From Candidatus Limnocylindrus sp. (lineage in GTDB: Bacteria > Chloroflexota > Limnocylindria > Limnocylindrales > Limnocylindraceae): DNA of 64,000 bases. Numbering within the stretch: the first letter of the stretch is position 1; each line of letters begins with the position of its first letter. The stretch covers positions 53,850 to 117,849 of the forward strand of contig JBBAWJ010000001.1 of the NCBI GenBank assembly GCA_040397255.1. The letters are read 5' to 3'. Shown here piece after piece: positions 56,610-64,000 of the stretch. A model generated the notes under the pieces. It did no database searches. It was given only the letters and a program-made list of their open reading frames with translations, and was not told where the DNA came from. The position numbers and the translations under genes were made by a program.

Positions 56610-57581
56610 CTAGCGTACCGCGATCCGCAGCGCGTGCGGTAGGAGGCTCTGTGCAATCTCTTCTGCCGGGCGCCCATCCGTTGGGATCGTCTCGATCAGC
56701 TCCTCACCGCGGTACCAGGTGCGCTGTCGGCGGGCATACGCCCACGTCCGGGTCGCAGCAGTGCCGATGGCGCGCTCGCGATCCATTGTTTGATCGATAT
56801 ACGCCTGCGCTTCGCGATAGCCGATCCCAGAGAGTGCTGGGGTTTCAGCTGGAAGACGTGCTGCTAGCTGTGTAGTCTCTTCCACGAGGCCACCATCAAA
56901 CTGAGCACGTACACGTGCTGCAATAGCGGTGCGGTGTCGCTCAAAATCGGTGTCATCAATCTGCACGTACGCCGTTGGCGCAGCCCACGGATTCTCCTCT
57001 TCGGCGAGCGGATCGCCGCCGAGGCGCACGATCTCCAGCGTTCGAATCAGGCGCCGAGCACTCGCAGTGGCTACGGCGTCTGCCGCCGCTGGATTCCGTT
57101 CGCGGAGCTCCTTGTCGAGCGGTTCGCGGCCAACATTCGAGAACTGCAGCTCAAGCTGTTCGCGAATCAGGGGGTTGCTTGGCCGAGCGCCACCCGAGAG
57201 GAAGCCCTTCAGCAGGCCGCGCTGGTAGAGGCCGGTGCCGCCAACCACGATGGCGATCCCCGCTCCCCCACTCGCCTGGGCGTGGCCAGCGATGGCGGCG
57301 CGGGCTGCGTCGAGCCAGTCGTACAGGGTGAATACGTCGCTCGCCTCAGCAATATCGATGCATGCATGCGGGCGAACGGCACGAATTTCGGCGCTGATCT
57401 TGTCGGTGCCGATGTCGAAGCCACGGAACACCTGGCGTGAGTCTGCCGACACCAAGATTGAACTCACCCCCGCAGCGTCGAGAGCGTCGACCAGCGCAAG
57501 CGCGGCGGCGCTCTTCCCTACCGCGGTAGGACCACCGATCGCGAGGATCGGTAGGGTCGGCATGCTATCGGGCGTAATCAA
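56610..57581 (-). CDS. miaA: tRNA dimethylallyltransferase
   Basis: ILAIGGPTAVGKSAAAL P-loop. SADSRQVFRGFDIGTDK. The start may be ATG 57563 (MPTLPIL…). Confidence 0.9.
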   Translation of the reverse strand: MITPDSMPTLPILAIGGPTAVGKSAAALALVDALDAAGVSSILVSADSRQVFRGFDIGTDKISAEIRAVRPHACIDIAEASDVFTLYDWLDAARAAIAGHAQASGGAGIAIVVGGTGLYQRGLLKGFLSGGARPSNPLIREQLELQFSNVGREPLDKELRERNPAAADAVATASARRLIRTLEIVRLGGDPLAEEENPWAAPTAYVQIDDTDFERHRTAIAARVRAQFDGGLVEETTQLAARLPAETPALSGIGYREAQAYIDQTMDRERAIGTAATRTWAYARRQRTWYRGEELIETIPTDGRPAEEIAQSLLPHALRIAVR

Positions 57582-59091
57582 CCGCCCGTGTCTCTCGGAT
57601 CACCGTGACACGAATCTGACCCGGATAGGCAAGCTGCTCTTCGATGCGCTTGACCACCTCGCGGGCAATCGTGCGCGCCTCTTCGTCGCTGACCTGATCA
57701 GGGCGAACCAAGATGCGCACCTCTCGGCCGGCCTGCACCGCGTAGACCTTCTCAACGCCCTCGAACCCGAGTGCGATCTGCTGCAGGTCCTCGAGGCGAC
57801 GGAGATGAGCCTCGCCTTGATCGCCACGTGCGCCAGGTCGTGCGGCGCTGATTGCATCCGCAACCTGCACGATTGGAGCCTCACGCGCGGTGCACTCCAC
57901 CTCCTGATGGTGCGCAGCGATCGCATTGACGATCCCCTCTGGCATACCGTGGCGACGCGCCAGGTCGGCGCCGATCGCCGCATGCGTTCCTTCAATCTCG
58001 TGGTCGAGCGCCTTGCCAATGTCGTGGAGCAGGCCACCGACCTTTGCGGCACGAATATCCATGCCGAGCTCGCCGGCAACGGCTCCTGCGACTTGCGCGG
58101 TTTCAATCGAGTGGAGCAAGACGTTCTGGCCGAACGAGGTGCGCCACTGCAGCCGACCAAGGATGCGGAGCAGCTCTGTTGGAATGCCGGTTACACCAAC
58201 CTTGAGTGCGGCGGTCTCACCGTTCTTGAGCGAGTCAGCATCAACTTCACCCTGCGCCTTTGCAACAATCTCTTCGATGCGAATCGGATGAATGCGCCCG
58301 TCCTGCATGAGGCGCTCAAGGGCGACACGCGCCACTTGGCGACGAACTGGGTCAAACGATGAGAGTGTCACCTGCAGTGGGGTCTCGTCGATGAGCAGCT
58401 CAACTCCGGTGGCTGCCTCAAGGGCACGGATGTTGCGCCCCTCACGACCGATCAGTCGGCCCTTCATCTCGTCGCTCGCGAGCTTTACGTGGGTCACGGA
58501 GTGCTCAGCACTGTGGTCCGCCGCAACGCGCTGCATCGCCGTCAGGATCATGTCGCGTGCTCGGTCGGCCGCATCCTCTTGGGCGCGTCGCTCCAGGGTT
58601 GCCTGAAGTCGCTTCGTCTCGCGCTCAGCCTCTTCGGTGAAGCGCGAGAGCACCTCGGTCCGAGCGGCCTCTGGATCGAGGCCGGCTACCTCTGCAAGGC
58701 GTGTGTTGACGTTGGCACGTGCCACATCAAGGGCAACAGATTCATCAACAAGGGTGCGCTCGCGCTCTGCGATGGCGACCTCACGGCCGGCAAAGAAGCT
58801 CTCTCGCTCACCAAGGGTGACTTCGCGAAGGCGAAGGCGTTCAGCCTCGGCTGCCGCCGCCTCGCGGTCGGCCTGCTGGGCGAGCTCGGCCTCGGCACGA
58901 AGGCGTGAGATCTCGCCCTTTGCGCCGATGACCAGGGTGCTCTGCTGCTGGCGCGCCTCCTCGAGAATGGTGGCGGCCCTACGGTTCGCGGCTCGAATAG
59001 AGGCGGCGGCGATCACGCTTCGTAGCGCGAGTCCAGCTCCTACGCCGAATAGAGCAAACAACACGGGGGCGATCCCGTTCAAATCAGGCAT
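57565..59091 (-). CDS. rny: ribonuclease Y
   Basis: N-terminal TM (IAPVLFALFGVGAGLAL). KH domain (GRLIGREGRNIRALE). HD domain (LLHDIGKA). The start was set at MPDLNG. The ORF-track extension is rejected. Confidence 0.9.
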   Translation of the reverse strand: MPDLNGIAPVLFALFGVGAGLALRSVIAAASIRAANRRAATILEEARQQQSTLVIGAKGEISRLRAEAELAQQADREAAAAEAERLRLREVTLGERESFFAGREVAIAERERTLVDESVALDVARANVNTRLAEVAGLDPEAARTEVLSRFTEEAERETKRLQATLERRAQEDAADRARDMILTAMQRVAADHSAEHSVTHVKLASDEMKGRLIGREGRNIRALEAATGVELLIDETPLQVTLSSFDPVRRQVARVALERLMQDGRIHPIRIEEIVAKAQGEVDADSLKNGETAALKVGVTGIPTELLRILGRLQWRTSFGQNVLLHSIETAQVAGAVAGELGMDIRAAKVGGLLHDIGKALDHEIEGTHAAIGADLARRHGMPEGIVNAIAAHHQEVECTAREAPIVQVADAISAARPGARGDQGEAHLRRLEDLQQIALGFEGVEKVYAVQAGREVRILVRPDQVSDEEARTIAREVVKRIEEQLAYPGQIRVTVIRETRAVDYAR

Positions 59092-59226
59092 GACGCTCTC
59101 CTGCCAGGCTGGCCCCGCGGCCTGGCTCGCGGTAAATAGGTCAAATGCCCAGCCAAAGGCTGGGGAACAGAGGCTACGCCTACCCGCCAGATCGGTCAAA
59201 CGCCCATGGCGTTGTGCGTGGCGGGG

Positions 59227-59835
59227 CTACTCCCCCTCCGCGTCGCCCTCTGTCACTGGGGTCTGGGATTCAGCTTCGACACGTTCCCGGGCCAGGCGCC
59301 AGGAGAGGGCGCTCGGGAAACCCCGTCGGGCGAGCCCCTGGGCCAGTCGCTGTACCTCGGCGCGGACGTCACCGCCACGTAGGCGCAACTTGGCGAGGGC
59401 GGCTCGTGCAGCGCGCTCCTCTGCCCCCTCCGCATGCTCTTCAACGACGCGCAGGGTCGCCCCCCAGACGGGCTCCGTGCTTTGTGCCTCTCCCGCTGCG
59501 CGCTGCGCCAACAGCCGCTGCGCGAGCTCGTCATCGATGCCGCGGCGCTTCAGCTCTTGCAGGAGCGCGCGATCGCCACGTTGCCGCGAACGGTCACGCG
59601 AGTCGAGGAGCGCCTGCCCAAACCGTTCGTCATCAATCAGGCCGATCTCAACGAGGCGCGCAACTGCGGTGCGCACATGCTCTTCCGGGTATCCGGCGGT
59701 GATCAGACGCTCTTCGAGACTCTTGCGCGAGCGCGGTGCACCGCTAAGCGAGCGTGCAGCTGCCTCCAATACGTCGGAGGCCTCTGCCGCTGCTCGGCGG
59801 GCTTTCTGCGCTTCAGGGTCGCGGCGACGCGCCAC
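59227..59835 (-). CDS. recX: recombination regulator RecX
   Basis: Conserved position downstream of recA. Three-helix repeat pattern (…RSRKSLEERLITAGYPEEHVRTAVARLVEIGLIDDERF…). Confidence 0.85.
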   Translation of the reverse strand: MARRRDPEAQKARRAAAEASDVLEAAARSLSGAPRSRKSLEERLITAGYPEEHVRTAVARLVEIGLIDDERFGQALLDSRDRSRQRGDRALLQELKRRGIDDELAQRLLAQRAAGEAQSTEPVWGATLRVVEEHAEGAEERAARAALAKLRLRGGDVRAEVQRLAQGLARRGFPSALSWRLARERVEAESQTPVTEGDAEGE

Positions 59836-59844
59836 GACGCACCG

Positions 59845-60927
59845 TTACTCCGCTTCGGGAGCGATGGCGACAGGAACCTCAAGCGTCGTCGACATTGCGC
59901 GAAGTTTCGCGTCAATCTCAGCGGCCACCTCAGGGTTCGCCTTGAGGAACTCCTTCGACTGCTCTCGGCCCTGGCCGAGTCGCACGTCGCCATAGTTGAA
60001 CCAGGCGCCGGTCTTAGAGACCACGTCAGCAGCGACGCCGACGTCAAGCAGGCCGCCCGCCATGCTGATCCCTTCGCCGTACATGATGTCGAACTCGGCA
60101 ATGCGGAATGGGGCGGCCACTTTGTTCTTCACCACCTTCACGCGTACACGCGAGCCGACGGCCTCAGTGGCGTTCTTGATTGTCTCGATTCGCCGGATAT
60201 CGAGGCGGACCGAGGCGTAGAACTTCAGCGCACGACCACCTGGAGTCGTCTCTGGGCTGCCGTACATGACCCCGATCTTTTCACGCAACTGATTTGTAAA
60301 GAGCAGCACCGTGTTGGAACGGGCTACTGCGCCAGTGAGCTTGCGAAGTGCCTGGCTCATGAGCCGAGCCTGAATACCGACAAACGAGTCACCCATCTCG
60401 CCCTCAATTTCAGCGCGTGGCACAAGTGCCGCAACTGAGTCGATGACAACGATGTCAACGCCGCCTGAACGGATCAGGGTCTCAGCGATCTCGAGTGCCT
60501 GCTCGCCGGTGTCTGGCTGGCTGACAAGTAGCTCGTTCACGTTCACACCAGTCTGTGCGGCATACGCTGAATCGAGCGCATGCTCGACGTCAATGAATGC
60601 GGCCACGCCACCGCGGCGCTGTGCCTCGGCAATGATGTGCTGGGCGATCGTGGTCTTACCTGACGATTCTGGCCCGAAGATTTCGCTGATGCGTCCCTTC
60701 GGTAGTCCACCAATTCCAAGGGCGATATCGAGTGAGATCGCTCCAGTTGGAATGGAATCAATCGCGAGTCGCTCGCGTGAGCCGAGCTTCATGATCGCTC
60801 CGCGACCGAACTGCTTTTCAATGGTGAGGATCGCCGCGTCAACTGCGCGGGTGCGCTCAGTGGAGGGCTTCCCCTCCTCCTTTGGCTCGACGGCTGCGCT
60901 CTTCTTGGATTCGCTCTTCTCTGCCAT
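59845..60927 (-). CDS. recA: recombinase RecA
   Basis: GPESSGKTT Walker [31 protein letters not shown]. Confidence 0.98.
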   Translation of the reverse strand: MAEKSESKKSAAVEPKEEGKPSTERTRAVDAAILTIEKQFGRGAIMKLGSRERLAIDSIPTGAISLDIALGIGGLPKGRISEIFGPESSGKTTIAQHIIAEAQRRGGVAAFIDVEHALDSAYAAQTGVNVNELLVSQPDTGEQALEIAETLIRSGGVDIVVIDSVAALVPRAEIEGEMGDSFVGIQARLMSQALRKLTGAVARSNTVLLFTNQLREKIGVMYGSPETTPGGRALKFYASVRLDIRRIETIKNATEAVGSRVRVKVVKNKVAAPFRIAEFDIMYGEGISMAGGLLDVGVAADVVSKTGAWFNYGDVRLGQGREQSKEFLKANPEVAAEIDAKLRAMSTTLEVPVAIAPEAE

Positions 60928-60930
60928 GGG

Positions 60931-62202
60931 TTACTCCTTATCTTCCGACGCTACAGCCCTCTTCTGCTGAGCTCCTCGTAGTCTGCCTGCCTCGGCGTAC
61001 CGCGGCTGCATCGCACCGCGCTCTGGCACGGCGCCCGGCTCATCGCCGGCTCCAAGTCGGGGGGTCCCCGGCCCCCCAGCCGCAGCCCGAAGGCGCGGCA
61101 GTTCAGCGGCGAGTGTACCCGACGCGATGGCTCTCCGAACCTCCCCAATGAAGGCGCTCATGTGGCGCAGGTTGTGGATCGTGAGGAGGCGGTACGCCAG
61201 CAGCTCCTCCGCTCGGAAGAGGTGCGCCAGGTAGGCACGGCTGAAGCGCTTGCAGGTGCTGCAGTCGCACTGAGCATCGACCGGCTCCTGCTCGTCGAGG
61301 TGGCGCGCGTTGCGCAGATTGAGGCGCCCTCCCGTGACCCAGGCCTGCCCATTGCGGGCAACCCGGGCGGGCAGGACGGAGTCGAAGAGGTCAACGCCAC
61401 GAAGGACGGCTTCAAGGAGGTCAACTGGTGACCCGAGGCCCATCAGGTAGCGGACACGGGGATCCCCTTCAAGCGCGGCAACAGTCGCGTCGATCGCTAT
61501 GTTGCGCTGCTCTGGGGTTTCGTCCCCCGCCAGACCGCCAAGGTTGATGCCGTCAAACGGGAGTGAGCGGATGTAGGTGGCTGATTCAGCGCGTAGCTCG
61601 GGGTTGATTCCGCCCTGCGCAATGCCGAAGAGCGCCTGGCCTGGGCGGTTGTGCGCTCGCAACGAACGAACCGCCCAACGATGCGTGCGATCCATTGCGC
61701 GGCGTACCTCACAGTCGGTACTCCCCTCTGGCATCACCGGCTGATCAAAGGCAACGGCGATGTCGGGGCCGAGCGCCTGCTGCACCTCAATGGAACGCTC
61801 CGGCGTAAAGAGGTGCATGGAACCATCGAGATGGCTGCTGAACTTCGCACCCTCCTCGTTGATGCGCATCAGCGGCCCAAGGGAGACCACTTGAAATCCA
61901 CCTGAATCGGTGAGGATCGGTCGATCCCATTGCATGAACTCGTGAAGACCACCGAAACGTTGCACCCGCTCATGCCCTGGGCGCAAGTAGAGGTGATAGG
62001 TATTCGCGAGGATGATCTGTGCGCCGAGCGCCTTCAGATCTTCTGGATCGAGTGACTTCACAGTAGCGTTCGTGCCGACAGGCATAAAGTCTGGCGTCTG
62101 TACGACGCCGTGACCTAACCGCAGCTCGCCCGCTCGAGCGCGCGATGTCCTGTCCTGCGCGGTAATCGTGAACTGTGCGGCGCCACCGGCGCGCGCTGGC
62201 AG
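60931..62202 (-). CDS. tgt: queuine tRNA-ribosyltransferase (start codon unresolved)
   Basis: Zinc-site CDCSTC and ILANTYHLYLRPG. The conserved Tgt N-terminus …FTITAQDRTSRARAGELRLGHGVVQTPDFMPVGT extends about 30 codons upstream of the first canonical start (62085). There is no in-frame ATG/GTG/TTG. CTG at 62202 is a candidate. Confidence 0.8.
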   Translation of the reverse strand: MPARAGGAAQFTITAQDRTSRARAGELRLGHGVVQTPDFMPVGTNATVKSLDPEDLKALGAQIILANTYHLYLRPGHERVQRFGGLHEFMQWDRPILTDSGGFQVVSLGPLMRINEEGAKFSSHLDGSMHLFTPERSIEVQQALGPDIAVAFDQPVMPEGSTDCEVRRAMDRTHRWAVRSLRAHNRPGQALFGIAQGGINPELRAESATYIRSLPFDGINLGGLAGDETPEQRNIAIDATVAALEGDPRVRYLMGLGSPVDLLEAVLRGVDLFDSVLPARVARNGQAWVTGGRLNLRNARHLDEQEPVDAQCDCSTCKRFSRAYLAHLFRAEELLAYRLLTIHNLRHMSAFIGEVRRAIASGTLAAELPRLRAAAGGPGTPRLGAGDEPGAVPERGAMQPRYAEAGRLRGAQQKRAVASEDKE

Positions 62203-62243
62203 CGTGGCCGGATCAGAGAGCGCAGCGAACTGTTCTGATCGGT

Positions 62244-63248
62244 TCAGCGCTTCCCCCAGAGTGAACCCGCGTCTTTGCCGAGATGGGCGCGGGCCGCTTC
62301 GGTTACAACGCGACCCTGTGCTGTGCGGTCAATGAATCCGATTCGTAGCAGGTACGGCTCAAAGACATCTTCGAGCGCGTCGGTGGATTCACCGAGCAGT
62401 GCCGCCATCGCGGCCACGCCTACTGGTCCCCCATTGAACTTTTCAATCATGACGGTGAGGAGCTTGCGATCGGTTGCGTCAAGGCCCGCCTCATCAATCT
62501 GTAGTCCCTGCAGTGCCTGCGCCGCTGCCCCAGCGGTGATGTTCGTGGAACCAGCGACCTGCACCTCATCGCGAACGCGGCGCAAGAGGCGATTCGCCAC
62601 GCGTGGCGTGCCGCGGCTGCGCGCCGCAATAAGCGCGGCGGCATCAGCGGCGATCTCAATCCCGAGGATTCCGGCGGAGCGGCGGACGATTGCAGCGAGA
62701 TCGGCATCGTCGTAGAAGTCGAGGCGCTGCACGGCACCGAAGCGATCGCGCAACGGCGAAGAGAGCATGCCGACACGAGTGGTGGCTCCGATGAGCGTGA
62801 ATGGTGCAATGTCGAGTCGCAGCGACTGCGCCGAGCCACGGTTGCCAATGACGATGTCAATAGAGCGATCTTCCATTGCGGGATAGAGCACCTCTTCGAC
62901 CGCTCGGCCGAGGCGGTGGATCTCATCAATGAAGAGCACCTGTCGTGGCGTCAGGTCGGTGAGGATCGCCGCCATCTGTCCGCCGTGCTCGATGGCCGGC
63001 CCTGAGGTGAAGCGGATCTCAACCCCGAGCTCCTTGGCGACGATCGCTGCCAGGGTGGTCTTCCCGAGCCCTGGGGGTCCGTGCAGCAGGAGGTGGTCGG
63101 CAGCTTCTCCACGTTCGCGTGCCGCCTGTAGCAGTGTGGTGAGCGAGCGCTTCGCCTCCACTTGGCCGATGTACTCCCCGAGCGATGCGGGGCGCAGCGT
63201 GGCTTCGGCGCTCAGCTCCGCAGCGTCGGTGCGCGACTCGTCGCTCAT
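62244..63248 (-). CDS. ruvB: Holliday junction branch migration helicase RuvB
   Basis: [18 protein letters not shown]+ Walker A. FIDEIHRL Walker B. Confidence 0.95.
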   Translation of the reverse strand: MSDESRTDAAELSAEATLRPASLGEYIGQVEAKRSLTTLLQAARERGEAADHLLLHGPPGLGKTTLAAIVAKELGVEIRFTSGPAIEHGGQMAAILTDLTPRQVLFIDEIHRLGRAVEEVLYPAMEDRSIDIVIGNRGSAQSLRLDIAPFTLIGATTRVGMLSSPLRDRFGAVQRLDFYDDADLAAIVRRSAGILGIEIAADAAALIAARSRGTPRVANRLLRRVRDEVQVAGSTNITAGAAAQALQGLQIDEAGLDATDRKLLTVMIEKFNGGPVGVAAMAALLGESTDALEDVFEPYLLRIGFIDRTAQGRVVTEAARAHLGKDAGSLWGKR

Positions 63249-63832
63249 GCTCGCTCCTTGAGGGCTGCGCGAAGACGCTCTGCGAGCGGCGCGGCGGCGA
63301 GTGATGCATTGGCAGAGACGGCAGCAGCCATCTCTTTCGCCTCCCGGGCTGGGAAGCCGAGACTTCGGAGGGCGCCTTGCAGGTCGCGATCCGCATCGCC
63401 CTTTGCGCCGACCTCAGTCTCCGCTGAAGCCTCTCGGCTCATGCGGTCACCGAGTTCGACAATGATGCGCGCGGCGAGTCGCTTCCCTACCCCAGGGGCC
63501 TTGGCGATGAGCGCTTCGTCACCGTCGACCAGTGCGCGGCGGAGGAGATCTGGTCCGTGCGTGGCGAGGAGGGCAATCGCAACCTTTGGACCCACACCAG
63601 TCACATCAAGCAGGGTGGCGAATAGCCGCGCCTGGTCACGTGTGGGAAAGCCTACGAGTGCTTCGCTGTCTTCGCGCACGATGTGGTGCAGATAGAGCTC
63701 AAGCACAGCACCCTCGGTTGCGGTGCTCAGCACTGCTGGAAGGGTGCGAATACGTAGCCCGAGGCCGTTTGCGCTGATCACCACGGCGTCGTCCTCGACC
63801 CAGAGCACGGAGCCGTGGATGTGGGCGTACAT
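63245..63832 (-). CDS. ruvA: Holliday junction DNA-binding protein RuvA
   Basis: HhH motifs ([16 protein letters not shown]; [15 protein letters not shown]). ATGA overlap with ruvB. Confidence 0.9.
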   Translation of the reverse strand: MYAHIHGSVLWVEDDAVVISANGLGLRIRTLPAVLSTATEGAVLELYLHHIVREDSEALVGFPTRDQARLFATLLDVTGVGPKVAIALLATHGPDLLRRALVDGDEALIAKAPGVGKRLAARIIVELGDRMSREASAETEVGAKGDADRDLQGALRSLGFPAREAKEMAAAVSANASLAAAPLAERLRAALKERA

Positions 63833-63834
63833 GG

Positions 63835-64000
63835 CTACGACCTCCCAGCGCGCAGGGCGGCGCGCACCGCTCGATCAAATCCGCTCTCTGCAGCAACCGC
63901 AGCAGCAGCAGAGCGATCCAGGCGCGAAGAGCCGGAGCGATGTTCCATCTTGCGCGCGCCGGCACCCCAGAGTGCAAGGGCCAGTGCATCGGCTGCATCG
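63835..64000 (-). CDS. ruvC: Holliday junction resolvase RuvC, C-terminal fragment (5' end beyond window)
   Basis: Reverse-strand translation …DAADALALALWGAG…* matches the RuvC C-terminus (HAADALA motif). Its stop abuts the ruvA start. Confidence 0.7.
   Translation of the reverse strand, partial: DAADALALALWGAGARKMEHRSGSSRLDRSAAAAVAAESGFDRAVRAALRAGRS

Overview
This is a 64-kb window of high-GC (about 67-70%) bacterial chromosome that is almost entirely conserved housekeeping core genome. I found no rRNA, tRNA, CRISPR array, transposase or integrase by eye.

Layout: a plus-strand block of about 55 genes runs from 1 to about 53.5 kb, then a convergent minus-strand block of 10 genes runs from 53.5 to 64 kb. 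Gene order:
- Plus strand: rluA-like (partial)-gmk-priA-def-fmt-rlmN-rpe, then rpmB on the minus strand, then yloV(DAK2)-recG-rsmD-coaD-yceD-rpmF-plsX-nusB-acpP-rnc-smc-ftsY, an inserted minus-strand MFS transporter, then ffh-rpsP-KH-rimM-trmD-rplS-rnhB-yraN-rpsB-tsf-pyrH-frr-uppS-cdsA-dxr-rseP-ispG-nusA-ylxR-infB-rbfA-nrnA-truB-ribF-rpsO-pnp-asd-udg-rnj-ftsK-rodZ-like-yajQ-murC/mpl-like.
- Minus strand: MBL-fold/Rieske fusion gene-hflX-miaA-rny-recX-recA-tgt-ruvB-ruvA-ruvC(partial).

The synteny resembles deep-branching Gram-positive-like lineages (Chloroflexi/Thermomicrobia or Deinococcus-Thermus type), which I cannot verify.

Most of the long reverse-strand ORFs in the six-frame track are GC-rich frame artefacts.

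The stand-out observation is a polynucleotide phosphorylase (865 aa) carrying an apparently intact DnaQ/DEDDh 3'-5' exonuclease domain inserted inside its alpha-helical domain.

Secondary observations:
- an MBL-fold hydrolase fused to a C-terminal Rieske [2Fe-2S] domain, with its own AT-rich promoter
- fmt and tgt genes that lack a canonical in-frame start codon at the conserved N-terminus
- a recurring extended -10 element (TGcTAGGAT/TAGAAT), including two apparently leaderless mRNAs (def, asd)
- a strong terminator hairpin in the nusA leader, with no rimP
- structured ribosomal-protein leaders
- Ala/Glu-rich low-complexity tails on three ribosomal proteins
- a nusB gene sitting where fab genes normally separate plsX from acpP
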